Shown: positions 1 to 9,814 of the stretch, piece after piece | How positions within the stretch are numbered: the first letter of the stretch is position 1 | Layout: each line of letters begins with the position of its first letter | Assembly: GCA_963735595.1 (NCBI GenBank) | Contig: CAVTLK010000001.1 | Location: forward strand, 448,001 to 512,000 | Direction: 5' to 3' | Length of the DNA: 64,000 bases | DNA from: an uncultured delta proteobacterium | Lineage (GTDB): Bacteria > Desulfobacterota > Zymogenia > Zymogenales > Zymogenaceae | Program-made: the position numbers and the translations under genes | Notes under the pieces: model-generated | Database searches by the model: none | What the model saw: the letters and a program-made list of their open reading frames with translations, nothing else | Told to the model about the DNA's origin: nothing

Positions 1-1236
1 GCCGTTATGTTCCTTAAGGGAAAGGATGAAGCCCTCCTCAAGGACCTCACCAATCGGATGACGTCCCTTTCCGACGAGATGCGGTTCGAGGAGGCCGCCG
101 TCCTGCGCGATCGAATCGCGGCCGTCCACAAGATGGTGGCCGTCCAGAAAGTCGTCGGTAACGATGATATCGACCGTGACGTCATCGGTCTATCCCGGGA
201 GGGCACGAGCCTCGGCATATCGGTCCTCTTTGTGCGCGCCGGTCGGCTCATGGGGAGCCGGTATCAGCTCTTCACCAACGTATTGGACGATGATCCGGTC
301 GCCGTCCAGAGTTTCATAGAGCAATACTACCACGCCAAGGAATACATCCCGCCCGAGATCCTTCTTCCCGTTGAAATTCCGGAAACCGCCCTCGTCTCCG
401 GGTGGCTCTCCCGGGAGGCGCCCGTCAGGCTCACCGTTCCGAAACGGGGCGTCTTTAAGAACCTCGTGGAAATGGCCGCACGGAACGCTGAGTCCTCCTT
501 CCAGGCATATAAGAAGTCCCGCGAGAGCCGCGAGCAATCCCTCGCGTCTCTGGCAGACCGGCTGGGTCTGGCCGGGCCGCCAAAACGAATGGAGTGCTTT
601 GATATTTCCAACATATCGGGGACCAACGCCGTCGGCTCCATGGCCGTCTTCGTTGACGGAGTGCCGGACACGAATGAGTACCGCCGCTTCCGAATAAAGG
701 GAATCACCGGCATCGATGATTATGCCATGATGGATGAAGTACTCAGGCGCAGGGTAAAATCAATCTCGCCGGATAATCGCCCCGACCTTATACTCATCGA
801 CGGCGGCAAGGGGCACCTAGCCATCGCACACGCGGTTCTCAAGGACCTCGGCGTCACCGATATCCCGCTCTTCGCCATCGCAAAAGAAAAGCAGAACAAG
901 GCCGAATCTGACCGGATCTATCAGGTCGGAAGGAAAAATCCATTCGTGATTAAGGGAAACTCATCGGTCCTCTTCCTGCTCATGCGTCTGAGGGACGAGG
1001 CCCACCGTTTTGCCGTGGAGTACCACAGGCGGCTGCGCCAGAAGCGGGGAGTCGCCTCGGCCCTCGATGAGATACCGGGTATCGGGGCGAAACGCAAGCA
1101 CGCACTACTGACCTATTTCCCCCGCGTCTCGGACATCAGGGACGCCGATAGTAAGAAGCTTGCCGAGGTCCCCGGTATAACCGAATCGATAGCCGAAGCC
1201 ATAAGTGAATATTTTAATTCACGGAAAAGTAAGTAG
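1..1236 (+). CDS. uvrC: Excinuclease ABC subunit C (5'-truncated by window edge)
   Basis: UVR motif (FEEAAVLRDRI), ECFDISN, YRRFRI, DDYAMM, PDLILIDGGKGH, RDEAHRFA, C-terminal HhH (LDEIPGIG). Confidence 0.97.
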   Translation, partial: AVMFLKGKDEALLKDLTNRMTSLSDEMRFEEAAVLRDRIAAVHKMVAVQKVVGNDDIDRDVIGLSREGTSLGISVLFVRAGRLMGSRYQLFTNVLDDDPVAVQSFIEQYYHAKEYIPPEILLPVEIPETALVSGWLSREAPVRLTVPKRGVFKNLVEMAARNAESSFQAYKKSRESREQSLASLADRLGLAGPPKRMECFDISNISGTNAVGSMAVFVDGVPDTNEYRRFRIKGITGIDDYAMMDEVLRRRVKSISPDNRPDLILIDGGKGHLAIAHAVLKDLGVTDIPLFAIAKEKQNKAESDRIYQVGRKNPFVIKGNSSVLFLLMRLRDEAHRFAVEYHRRLRQKRGVASALDEIPGIGAKRKHALLTYFPRVSDIRDADSKKLAEVPGITESIAEAISEYFNSRKSK

Positions 1237-1269
1237 GCCACAATTAACCCGTTTCCGTCCATTTTAGTA

Positions 1270-1298
1270 TTGCTTTACACAAAAAAGTGATTTATCAT
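1270..1298 (+). promoter_or_regulatory. Putative sigma70 promoter for acyl-CoA ligase/comEC
   Basis: TTGCTT-17 bp-TATCAT in an AT-rich intergenic region; SD GGAGG before ATG 1342. Confidence 0.55.
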
Positions 1299-1341
1299 CA
1301 CCCATTATATTATCGTCCATAGCCCATGGAGGAATCTATAT

Positions 1342-3233
1342 ATGGATACCATGAACTTAACAATGAAAGATATCCTTGAGAATTCCGCCGCCCGTTTTCC
1401 CGATAAGCCCGCCCTTATGAAGAAGTCCGCAAACCAGTGGGTGTCTATCACCTACAAACAGCTCCTATCCATGGTAAGGGATTTCGGCACGAGCCTGGTC
1501 AACATGGGAATGGCCAAGGGCGATCGGATCGCCGTTTTGACGCATAACTGCCCTGAGTGGGTTGTTTCCTACTACGCAATCGTCATCAATAATGGAATCG
1601 TCGTTCCCATCGACAAGGAGCTCAAACCGCAGGAAATCCGCCACATCCTCGACGACAGCGGGGCCAAGTTCGTCATCGTCACGAAAGAGTATCTGGGCAA
1701 GGTCGAGGAGATCTGCGAATCGCTTCCCGATCTCAAGAAGATCATCCTGATTACCAACGGCGCGAGGGAAGCCTCGATGCCCAACGACCTCAAGGAAGAG
1801 ATGCGCGGCATTGAAAAGGCCTGGCTTACCATGGTCAGGAAAATCAAGCAGGAACATGAATCGGAAATAAAAGAGATCGAAAAGCTCTGGCTTACGTTCG
1901 AGGAAAAACTCAAGAGCCACCGGGTAAAGAAGGACAGCCTCATTGTCGAGAAGCAGAACCAGTTCCTCGAGTTCTTCCACGGCATTACCAGCGCCACGAC
2001 TAACGCCCCCGAGATCGTCTATTTTGAAGACCTGTTCGGCAATAAAAATATCGCCCAGCGTACGATGAACTACGAGGACGTTATCGCCGTTCTCTACACC
2101 TCCGGTACGACCGGGAAATCCAAGGGCGTTATGCTCAAGAACAGTAATATCGTATCCAACTTCATCGGCGTCAAACACCTCATGCAGCTCGATGAAACCA
2201 TCCGGGTGCTCTCTGTACTGCCTATCAACCACGTCTATGAATCGACCTGCGGTGTGCTGGCGCCGCTGTTCCTCGGGGGAACCGTGGCGTTTGCCGAATC
2301 GCTACTCAAGGTTGCCCAGAATCTTAACGAGATCAAGCCAAATTTCTTCCTGGGGGTTCCCGCGCTCTATCAGGCGCTCTACACCCGCATGTCGGCCAAG
2401 ATCAATGCGAGCGTGGCCGGCCGTATTATGAACACGAACCCCGTGACCAGGACATTGATCACATCCAAGATCAAGAAAGAGCTTGGCGGAAATATCGCTT
2501 TTATATCCGGTGGGGCGTCTTTGGACCCCGCGCTGCAGAAAGGCCTCAGGAACCTCGGCCTCAATATCTACAATGGCTACGGTATTACCGAGACCGCCCC
2601 GCTGGTTGCCGTTAACAGCAAGGTGGGGGAGATCGACTCGGCTCGGTCGGCAAGGTGATGCCCGATGTCGAGATCAAGATCGTGGACCCCAACGAAGACG
2701 CGATCGGTGAGATATGGATCAAGGGCCCCAACGTCATGAAGGGTTATTATAACAATCCTCAGGCCACCGCCGAGGTGCTTACCGACGCCTGGTACCACTC
2801 CGGCGATCTTGGCTACATAGATAAGGATAATTTCCTCTTCGTAATGGGACGGGTAAAAAACCTTATCGTGACCGGAAACGGCAAGAATATCTATCCCGAA
2901 GAGGTCGAGGCTGAGCTCGTCAAGAGCCCCTACGTTGAAGAGGCGATGATTTACGCCCACATGCCCGGAACTACAGACGAGGAGGTACGGGCGGTGGTCT
3001 ATCTCAATCAGGACGCCCTGGACGCCTATGCCAAGGAACAGGGTATCAAGGAACTGACAAAGAAGGACATATATACGCTCATCCGCGCCGAGATCAAGAA
3101 ATATTGCGCCAACCTTGCCGATTACAAGCGGGTCAAGGAGTTTATGATCAGGGACGAGGAATTCCCCAAGACCTCAACCCGTAAACTCAAGCGGTATGCC
3201 GTGGATGAGGTGATCTCAGTCAATCAAAATTAG
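1342..3233 (+). CDS. Long-chain fatty acid--CoA ligase (AMP-binding), split by one frameshift near 2640
   Basis: YTSGTTGKSKG, GYGITET, WYHSGDLG, GRVKNLI, GKNIYPEEVE, PKTSTRK across ORFs 1342-2658 and 2655-3233. Confidence 0.92.
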
Positions 3234-5693
3234 ATGCGGCACCCCCTCCCCCTTATCACTCTTGCTCTCATGGCAGGAATCGGGCTGGGGGTGTTCGTTT
3301 TTGTGCCCGTCGGAATTGCCCTCCTTTTGGCGGCGGTATTTTTGATCCTCGTTCTGACGCTCACAAAAAGCCGTTTTGCGCTTTATCTCTGTCTTGCCCT
3401 TTTCTTCTTTCTTGGAACCGCCCTCATTTCAACCTCGCTTCGGCCCGAAAAGAAAGGCAACTCCATCACGGACTATTGTTCCGGGAAAGAGCATGCCATC
3501 TGCGGGACGGTTGCGGAGCCGCCCCGAACGGAGACGGACGCAACCCGGATCGTTCTTTCCGACCTCATGGTCAGGACTCGCGGCGCATGGCGGCCGGCCG
3601 GAGGCAGTCTCCGGCTGACGGTTGGTGAGCGGTTATCCAACGTGTCGTATGGCGATACCCTGTTCTTTGTCGGCACGATAAGGAAACCGCGAAATTTCAA
3701 CAACCCGGGCGGATTTGACTACGAGTTTTCGCTTTTGCGTGCGGGTTTATCAGCAACCGCTTATACCGACAACCGGGACCATCTTCTCGTCAGAGAGGCA
3801 AGCCCCTCATCACCGATGGGGCTGGTGGAGCGATGGAGGGGCACCGTTCGGGATTTCTACGACTCCCGGTTACCCACGCCGGAGGGGGCCGTCATCAAGG
3901 CGCTCATCCTCGGAGAACGGGGGGATATTCCGGAGGAGATCCTCTCCGCCTATTACCGTACGGGGGTCGGCCACGTGCTGGCGATATCGGGCTCGAACGT
4001 AGGGATTGTCTATATCTTTACGTACCTCTTTTTGCATGCGGTGCTCGTGCGGTGGGGGAAATTCCCCCTCAGGCACTCGGTCAGGAAATGGGCCTCGGTT
4101 GTGTCTCTCGGGCCCGTGATCGTCTATACGCTCCTGGCCGGCCTTGAGATCACCGTGGTTCGTGCGACCCTGATGATCTCGGTCTTTGTTTTGGCAATCC
4201 TCATTGAAAAAGAACAGCAGGTCTTCAATACCCTGGTTCTGGCCGCCTTCGTCATCCTCCTGTTTTTACCCGCCTCGCTTTTTGACCCGTCCTTTCAGCT
4301 TTCGTTCGCGGCGGTGCTCTCGATCGTACTCCTGTATCCCACCCTGATCGAGCCCCTCAAGCAGCGCTTCTTCCCTATCGACGGAGTCAAGCCGCCGCTT
4401 GCCCATCGGATTGCTTTTCGCCTCCTCCAGTTTACTCTGGTCTCCTTCGCGGCGATCGTGGGCCTGCTTCCCCTCACGGCCTATTATTTCCACAGGGTAA
4501 CCCCGTTTGCTCTTCCGCTGAATTTCGTGGTTGTGCCGCTTCTGGGTCCCGTGGCAACCTCCCTCGGTCTCCTCTCCGTTCCGTTTATGACGGTCGCGCC
4601 CCACATATCCTCTTTCTTGAGTCTCATCGCCGCGTGGGCGGTGTCCCTGTCCGATAGCGCGGTTGTCTGGGCCGACGCCCTCCTCCCGACGGGGGTGGTC
4701 GTCTTCGGTCCTACATTGATTGAAATCGTCCTCTACTATGGGTTAATCCTATCGGTGTTTCTGTTATTCAGGAAAAGGCGGTGGGCGATAATCCCGGCGG
4801 CCCTGCTTATCCTTATTGCTATAGCTGACGTCACCCTTACGGCGTGGCACCGGTACGACTCGAAACGTCTCGAAGCGACATTCCTTTCCGTCGGTAATGG
4901 GGATTCGTGCGTTATTAAGCTTCCGGGCGGCGATATCATGGTGGTCGACGGAGGCGGACGGTTGGGAAGCGCCTTTGACATGGGCGAGTACGTCGTTGCG
5001 CCTTTTCTGCTCAATGATCGGATACTCAGGATCGATTACCTGGTGCTGTCTCATCCGGAACAGGATCACGCGGCAGGGCTCACGTACCTGATGGGCAATT
5101 TTACCGTCGGCGAGCTCTGGATTACAGAGGATGCCGTCCGCTCAAAAGAAACGGCGCCCCTTATCACGTCGGCGCGGACGTTCGGGATCCCGGTGATTAC
5201 GATCGATTCGTCGTCGCCGCCCCGCGCCATTGGACCCACGACCATCCGGTTCTTCAATCCCGCCCCGCCGTCAACCGACCAACCGGGTGACGTAAATAAT
5301 CGCTCTCTGGTCCTTCGCCTTTCTTACGGGCTTTTTTCCTTGCTTATGGCCGGTGATACCGAAGAAGAAGGTCTTTCCCGGATCGCGGCCGACGGAACCG
5401 ATCTTAACTCCCTCGTCCTCAAGGTGCCCCACCACGGATCGTCACCGTCGTCTCCCCTTTTCTTTCTCGAATCGGTGAGCCCCCGTGCGGCGGTCGTATC
5501 ATGCGGGTTTGATAATCCCTATGGTTTCCCGGGAGAAAAGTCGCTGGAACGTCTTCGGGAGGTCGGCGCCGATGTATTTCGGACCGACCTCGACGGTGCG
5601 ATATCGGTCGCCACCGACGGCCGATATCTGAGGATAGAGACGATGAACGGCGCCCGATTATATGAGGACATCCCTGACGGGGGCTGCCGGTAG
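3234..5693 (+). CDS. comEC: DNA internalization competence protein ComEC/Rec2
   Basis: NPGGFDY, HVLAISGSN, SFQLSFAA, metallo-beta-lactamase motifs LSHPEQDH, KVPHHGS, RTDLDGAI. Confidence 0.95.
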   Translation: MRHPLPLITLALMAGIGLGVFVFVPVGIALLLAAVFLILVLTLTKSRFALYLCLALFFFLGTALISTSLRPEKKGNSITDYCSGKEHAICGTVAEPPRTETDATRIVLSDLMVRTRGAWRPAGGSLRLTVGERLSNVSYGDTLFFVGTIRKPRNFNNPGGFDYEFSLLRAGLSATAYTDNRDHLLVREASPSSPMGLVERWRGTVRDFYDSRLPTPEGAVIKALILGERGDIPEEILSAYYRTGVGHVLAISGSNVGIVYIFTYLFLHAVLVRWGKFPLRHSVRKWASVVSLGPVIVYTLLAGLEITVVRATLMISVFVLAILIEKEQQVFNTLVLAAFVILLFLPASLFDPSFQLSFAAVLSIVLLYPTLIEPLKQRFFPIDGVKPPLAHRIAFRLLQFTLVSFAAIVGLLPLTAYYFHRVTPFALPLNFVVVPLLGPVATSLGLLSVPFMTVAPHISSFLSLIAAWAVSLSDSAVVWADALLPTGVVVFGPTLIEIVLYYGLILSVFLLFRKRRWAIIPAALLILIAIADVTLTAWHRYDSKRLEATFLSVGNGDSCVIKLPGGDIMVVDGGGRLGSAFDMGEYVVAPFLLNDRILRIDYLVLSHPEQDHAAGLTYLMGNFTVGELWITEDAVRSKETAPLITSARTFGIPVITIDSSSPPRAIGPTTIRFFNPAPPSTDQPGDVNNRSLVLRLSYGLFSLLMAGDTEEEGLSRIAADGTDLNSLVLKVPHHGSSPSSPLFFLESVSPRAAVVSCGFDNPYGFPGEKSLERLREVGADVFRTDLDGAISVATDGRYLRIETMNGARLYEDIPDGGCR

Positions 5694-5719
5694 GCCTATC
5701 GGAAGGCCTATCGGAAGGC
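5692..5719. repeat. Short tandem repeat, 12-mer AGGCCTATCGGA x2.3
   Basis: Read directly: 5692-5703, 5704-5715, then AGGC. Confidence 0.85.
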
Positions 5720-5771
5720 TTTGGCCGCATTCAAACGGGCCGCGGCTCCCGTCCGATCCGGTTCCTGCCGC

Positions 5772-7313
5772 TCACCGGTTACGGAGCGCTTTACCTGACT
5801 TACCGATATGGTCTCTGCCCAGGAAATAATTTATCCACGATGACGTGCGCCACAATGCCCAATCGCACGGGGGGACGGTGTCCGGCTTAAAGACCCGGTC
5901 GGTCCCCGTGCGTGCAAGCCGCCGGTACGCCCGCACCCAGACGCAGAGCCGGGCGCCCGGATAGACCTCGCACCATCCGTCCGTTGATCCCCCGCAGGGA
6001 CCGTTGCGCTCTTCCTTCGGACACTGCGACATGGGGCAAAGGTAAGCGACGTCAAAGAGGGCGCAATCCCCGCAATTACGGCATTCGAACAACAGGACCT
6101 TGATGCCGTTCTCGATATAGGCAAAGAGGCCGGAAAGAATCCGCGAGGAATCAACGATACGCGCCGCTATGCGCATGAGTCCGTAGAACGGACTCTTCGG
6201 TTCAAAGAAAACGGTATGAACAACCCGGGAGAAGAGATAGGCCGGATGCCGTAACAGGCGTCCACTCCTCCCGGACGGTGTTGTCGAGTTCAATCGGCCC
6301 GTCTTTTGTTTCTCGAAGAGATAGTACCCGCCCTCCTGGGGATAGTCGAACTCCGGCAGGTACCGCCGCCAATCGGCCGAGAGCGCTTCCCCCCGTTCAA
6401 CGATCTCGATGACCGTGTCGCAGTCGATGCCGTGCCCCCCGATATGCGCGCCCGCACATCCCATCCCCTTGGCAACGGCGTAGTGCCTTGCCGCACGCGT
6501 AATCCGCGCCTCTCTGCCCCTGTCGGGGGCCGTCCGTTCGGCCTCGATTTCGGCTAAGAGTTTCCCGGTCACTACGCAACCGGGGATAGTCCCCGCATTC
6601 ATAGTCCGCGCCGCCGGAAACGTCAGGACGAATATGTTGGCAAGCACGGGGATATCCACCCCTGCTCTCGACAGGAAGGTCAAGACCTCGTGAAGCTTGC
6701 GGGCGTCGTAACCGACCTGGGTTACAATGAAGCGGGCGCCGGCCGCTATCTTTTTCATGATCTTCTCGTATTGCCCGACGAGCTCAGCCTCCGTCTTCTT
6801 GAACGGCGAGACGGCCGCCCCGCAAAAGAAGTCCGTGGGGGCCAGCTTCAGCGGTTTGCCCATGAAGTCGTATTCAAGCCCCCGGTTCATACGGCCTATC
6901 AGCGACAGCAGGTGGATCGGATCGATATCAAATACCGGTTTAGCCATACCAAACCCGCCGTCGGTCGGATAATCACCCGAAAGGGCGAGGAGGTCTTTCA
7001 CCCCGTTTCTATGTAGGCCGCAGAGAAGGCTTTCGAGCTCGTTTCTGTTCTTATCCCGGCAGGCGACATGAACCAGCGGGTCAATACCGAGCTTTCTTAT
7101 CTCCACGGCGATGAACTCCGCCGCAATCGCGGGGCTGCCCCCCGGGTTGTCGGTAAGTCCGATGCCGTGGATTTTCTTTGACCGCGCCGCCTTTTCGGCG
7201 TTCTTTATCAGGTCATCCTGCTGCCTTTCCGCGAATCCACGTCCGGAGACGAGCTCCCAGTTTACGCAGAAGGTCTTTGGGTCACGCAGGGCCTCTCTGA
7301 ACATATCGCTCAC
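5772..7313 (-). CDS. metF: Methylenetetrahydrofolate reductase with Cys-rich C-terminal (MetV-like) domain
   Basis: TDNPGG, HVACRDKNR, LSGDYP, GARFIVTQ; C-terminal CRNCGDC, CPMSQCPK, NGPCGGS, CEV, CVW. Confidence 0.85.
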   Translation of the reverse strand: MSDMFREALRDPKTFCVNWELVSGRGFAERQQDDLIKNAEKAARSKKIHGIGLTDNPGGSPAIAAEFIAVEIRKLGIDPLVHVACRDKNRNELESLLCGLHRNGVKDLLALSGDYPTDGGFGMAKPVFDIDPIHLLSLIGRMNRGLEYDFMGKPLKLAPTDFFCGAAVSPFKKTEAELVGQYEKIMKKIAAGARFIVTQVGYDARKLHEVLTFLSRAGVDIPVLANIFVLTFPAARTMNAGTIPGCVVTGKLLAEIEAERTAPDRGREARITRAARHYAVAKGMGCAGAHIGGHGIDCDTVIEIVERGEALSADWRRYLPEFDYPQEGGYYLFEKQKTGRLNSTTPSGRSGRLLRHPAYLFSRVVHTVFFEPKSPFYGLMRIAARIVDSSRILSGLFAYIENGIKVLLFECRNCGDCALFDVAYLCPMSQCPKEERNGPCGGSTDGWCEVYPGARLCVWVRAYRRLARTGTDRVFKPDTVPPCDWALWRTSSWINYFLGRDHIGKSGKALRNR

Positions 7314-7358
7314 CTTGTTCCTCTGCTACCGCCCTTCATTACCGGGCGCGAAAACGGA

Positions 7359-7889
7359 CTACACGATAACCCGATCTCCCCGAAAACGAGCGCCCTCCAT
7401 CTCGAGGAGACACCGCTTGAGCGCCACGCCGCCCTCCGTGGAAAAGCCGGTCATTCCGCCATCGCCGGACACAACCCGGTGGCACGGGATAAACGGCGGC
7501 AGCGGATTTCTTGACATCGCCCCGCCTACCGCCCTGGCCGCTCCGGGTCTGCCGGCCATGCGCGCGAGCCCTCCATAGGTGATAACGGCGCCCCTCCCGA
7601 TAGCCGACAGAGCCGAATATAGCGCGCGGTCAAAAGACGAACAGCCGTTCAGGTCAAGCACGGCCTCCGAGAGGTCTACCGCCTCCCCCCGGTAGTAGGC
7701 CGTCAGAAGCCGTATCGCCGGTTCCGGGGGCGCAACAAGACTGTTGAAGGTCGCCCGGGGGGGGGTGAGGTTTCTCTCAACCAACTCGCGCGTCCCCATT
7801 GGCAGGACTGAACGGACCAGCCCATCGGCGGTGGCCGCCAATCCCACCCATCCCTGTTCCGTTTGAAATATACGGTATCCAACGGTCAT
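7359..7889 (-). CDS. ogt: Methylated-DNA--protein-cysteine S-methyltransferase
   Basis: ARAVGGAM, active-site IPCHRVV. Confidence 0.95.
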   Translation of the reverse strand: MTVGYRIFQTEQGWVGLAATADGLVRSVLPMGTRELVERNLTPPRATFNSLVAPPEPAIRLLTAYYRGEAVDLSEAVLDLNGCSSFDRALYSALSAIGRGAVITYGGLARMAGRPGAARAVGGAMSRNPLPPFIPCHRVVSGDGGMTGFSTEGGVALKRCLLEMEGARFRGDRVIV

Positions 7890-9466
7890 CGTAATTCTCC
7901 CCTGTTTCTGAATCTCTTCACGAACGGGCCGACAATGGCCCCAAGCTCACGGGAGCCGAGCAGGTACGTCGTCAGCAGGTAGACGGATAGCGAGCCGAGT
8001 ATCGCCGCCGTCAGCACAACGATCTTTTCGGTAGTCCGGCCCGGCTTATCCCAGCCTATCAGCGATGCTATCCACCAGGCAGCCGCCGCCATTGTCAGGC
8101 ATCCGGCCCCCATCCTTGTCATCGAGAAGAAGAGCCGTTTCAACCCGAGCCTGCCCATGACGCGGCGAAAAACCATCATGAGGAGCACGGCGTTTAGGGC
8201 CGCGTCCAGAGAAACCGCCAGCGCCAAACCGCAGTGGGCAAGCGGCACAACCAGGATAACCGAAAGCAGGATATTGACGATAATAGCCACAATACCGATC
8301 GAAACGGGCGTGGCAGTGTCCTTCATGGCGTAGAATCCGTTGGACAGCACCCGTATCGACGCGACAAAGGGCAGCCCTATCGAAAAGAATATGAGGGCAT
8401 TGGCGGTCATAACAACCGACGTAAAGCCGAACTCCCCGCGAAAAAAGAGGGCGCTGATAATCGGAACCGAGAGGATCGCCAGCCCCAATGCCGCGGGTAT
8501 CGTGATGTACAGCGTCATGGAAAGCGCATCGATAAACGTCCGCTTCAGGTCCTCGATGCGGTTCTCGGCCGCCATCCTGCTCATCGTGGGCAGTACCGCC
8601 GTCCCCAGGGCCACGGCAAATATCCCAAGGGGGAACTGGTCGAGGCGGTCGGCGTAGTAGAGGTACGAAACGCTCCCCGACGGCAGGAATGACGCCAGGA
8701 GCCTGACCACCACCACGTTGACCTGATAAACTGACGCCCCGAAGATGGCCGGGACCATCAGTTTGAGAATCGTCTTTACCTTGGGATCGAAGAAATGAAA
8801 ATCGGGGGAAAACGTGACACCCTTTCTTATCAAAAACGGGACCTGGAGGGCCAACATCAGGATCCCTCCGATGACAACCCCGAACGCCAGACTCAGTACC
8901 GGGACGTTGAGGAGCGGACTGATGAGGAGCATCGACAGGATCATCGCGAGGTTGAAAAACATGGGCGATGCCGACGGCGCAAAGAAATGCCCCATGCTGT
9001 TGAGCACACCCATCGCCAGGGCCGACAGCGAGATCAACAGCATATAGGGAAACATCACCTGCGCCAGCAAAACCGTCAGCTCCCATTTCTGGGGGTTTGC
9101 GCGAAAGCCCGCCGCGAAGAGCGTAAGGATTTCGGGCGAAAAGATAACCCCGGCCACCACCGCCGCCGCAAGCACGATCGTCATGAACGTCATGGTGATC
9201 CGGGCGACGCGTACGGCCTCCTGTTTACCCTCGCGGATAAGGGTTTCGGTGTAGACCGGGATAACGGCCACCGTCATGGTCCCTTCGGCAAAGAGCCGCC
9301 GCAGGAGGTTCGGAATGGTAAAGGCGACGAAGAACGCATCGGCGGCGTCCGTCGCGCCGAAGAAAAACGCCGTAACCATATCCCGGACAAAACCGAGGAT
9401 ACGGCTGCCGAGGGTGCCCAGCCCCACGACGCCGGCCGCCCTCACCATTTGGGAATTTTCAGACAT
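7886..9466 (-). CDS. murJ: Lipid II flippase MurJ (MviN)
   Basis: SRILGFVRD, AFTIPNLLRRLFAEG, YLYYADRL, multiple TM segments. Confidence 0.96.
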   Translation of the reverse strand: MSENSQMVRAAGVVGLGTLGSRILGFVRDMVTAFFFGATDAADAFFVAFTIPNLLRRLFAEGTMTVAVIPVYTETLIREGKQEAVRVARITMTFMTIVLAAAVVAGVIFSPEILTLFAAGFRANPQKWELTVLLAQVMFPYMLLISLSALAMGVLNSMGHFFAPSASPMFFNLAMILSMLLISPLLNVPVLSLAFGVVIGGILMLALQVPFLIRKGVTFSPDFHFFDPKVKTILKLMVPAIFGASVYQVNVVVVRLLASFLPSGSVSYLYYADRLDQFPLGIFAVALGTAVLPTMSRMAAENRIEDLKRTFIDALSMTLYITIPAALGLAILSVPIISALFFRGEFGFTSVVMTANALIFFSIGLPFVASIRVLSNGFYAMKDTATPVSIGIVAIIVNILLSVILVVPLAHCGLALAVSLDAALNAVLLMMVFRRVMGRLGLKRLFFSMTRMGAGCLTMAAAAWWIASLIGWDKPGRTTEKIVVLTAAILGSLSVYLLTTYLLGSRELGAIVGPFVKRFRNRGELR

Positions 9467-9479
9467 ACTAACAATTTCC

Positions 9480-9508
9480 TTGACAATAGCCGGAAAATAA
9501 CGTATATT
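9480..9508 (+). promoter_or_regulatory. Sigma70 promoter of rpsT
   Basis: TTGACA-17 bp-TATATT; SD GGAGGT before TTG 9545. Confidence 0.75.
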
Positions 9509-9544
9509 TCAAAAATTAAATTTAGACTTCGGAGGTAATCAAAT

Positions 9545-9814
9545 TTGGCTAATCATCGGTCGGCCATAAAACGGATGATCCAGGGCGAAAAGCGCCGGGT
9601 TAGAAATCGGCACGTCAAGAGCACCGTTAAGACCACTATAAAGAGCTACCTTAAAACCGTCGAAGAGAAGAACCCCGAGCTCGCCAAAGAGAGCCTTAAG
9701 CATACGATCACGACCATCAACAAGGCGGCTTCCAAGGGCGTCATCCACAAGCGAAACGCCTCCCGGAAGATTTCCCGGCTTACCCGGAAGTATAACGCCC
9801 TGTCCGCATCATAG
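9545..9814 (+). CDS. rpsT: 30S ribosomal protein S20 (TTG start)
   Basis: MANHRSAIKR, KGVIHKRNASRKISRL. Confidence 0.98.
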   Translation: MANHRSAIKRMIQGEKRRVRNRHVKSTVKTTIKSYLKTVEEKNPELAKESLKHTITTINKAASKGVIHKRNASRKISRLTRKYNALSAS

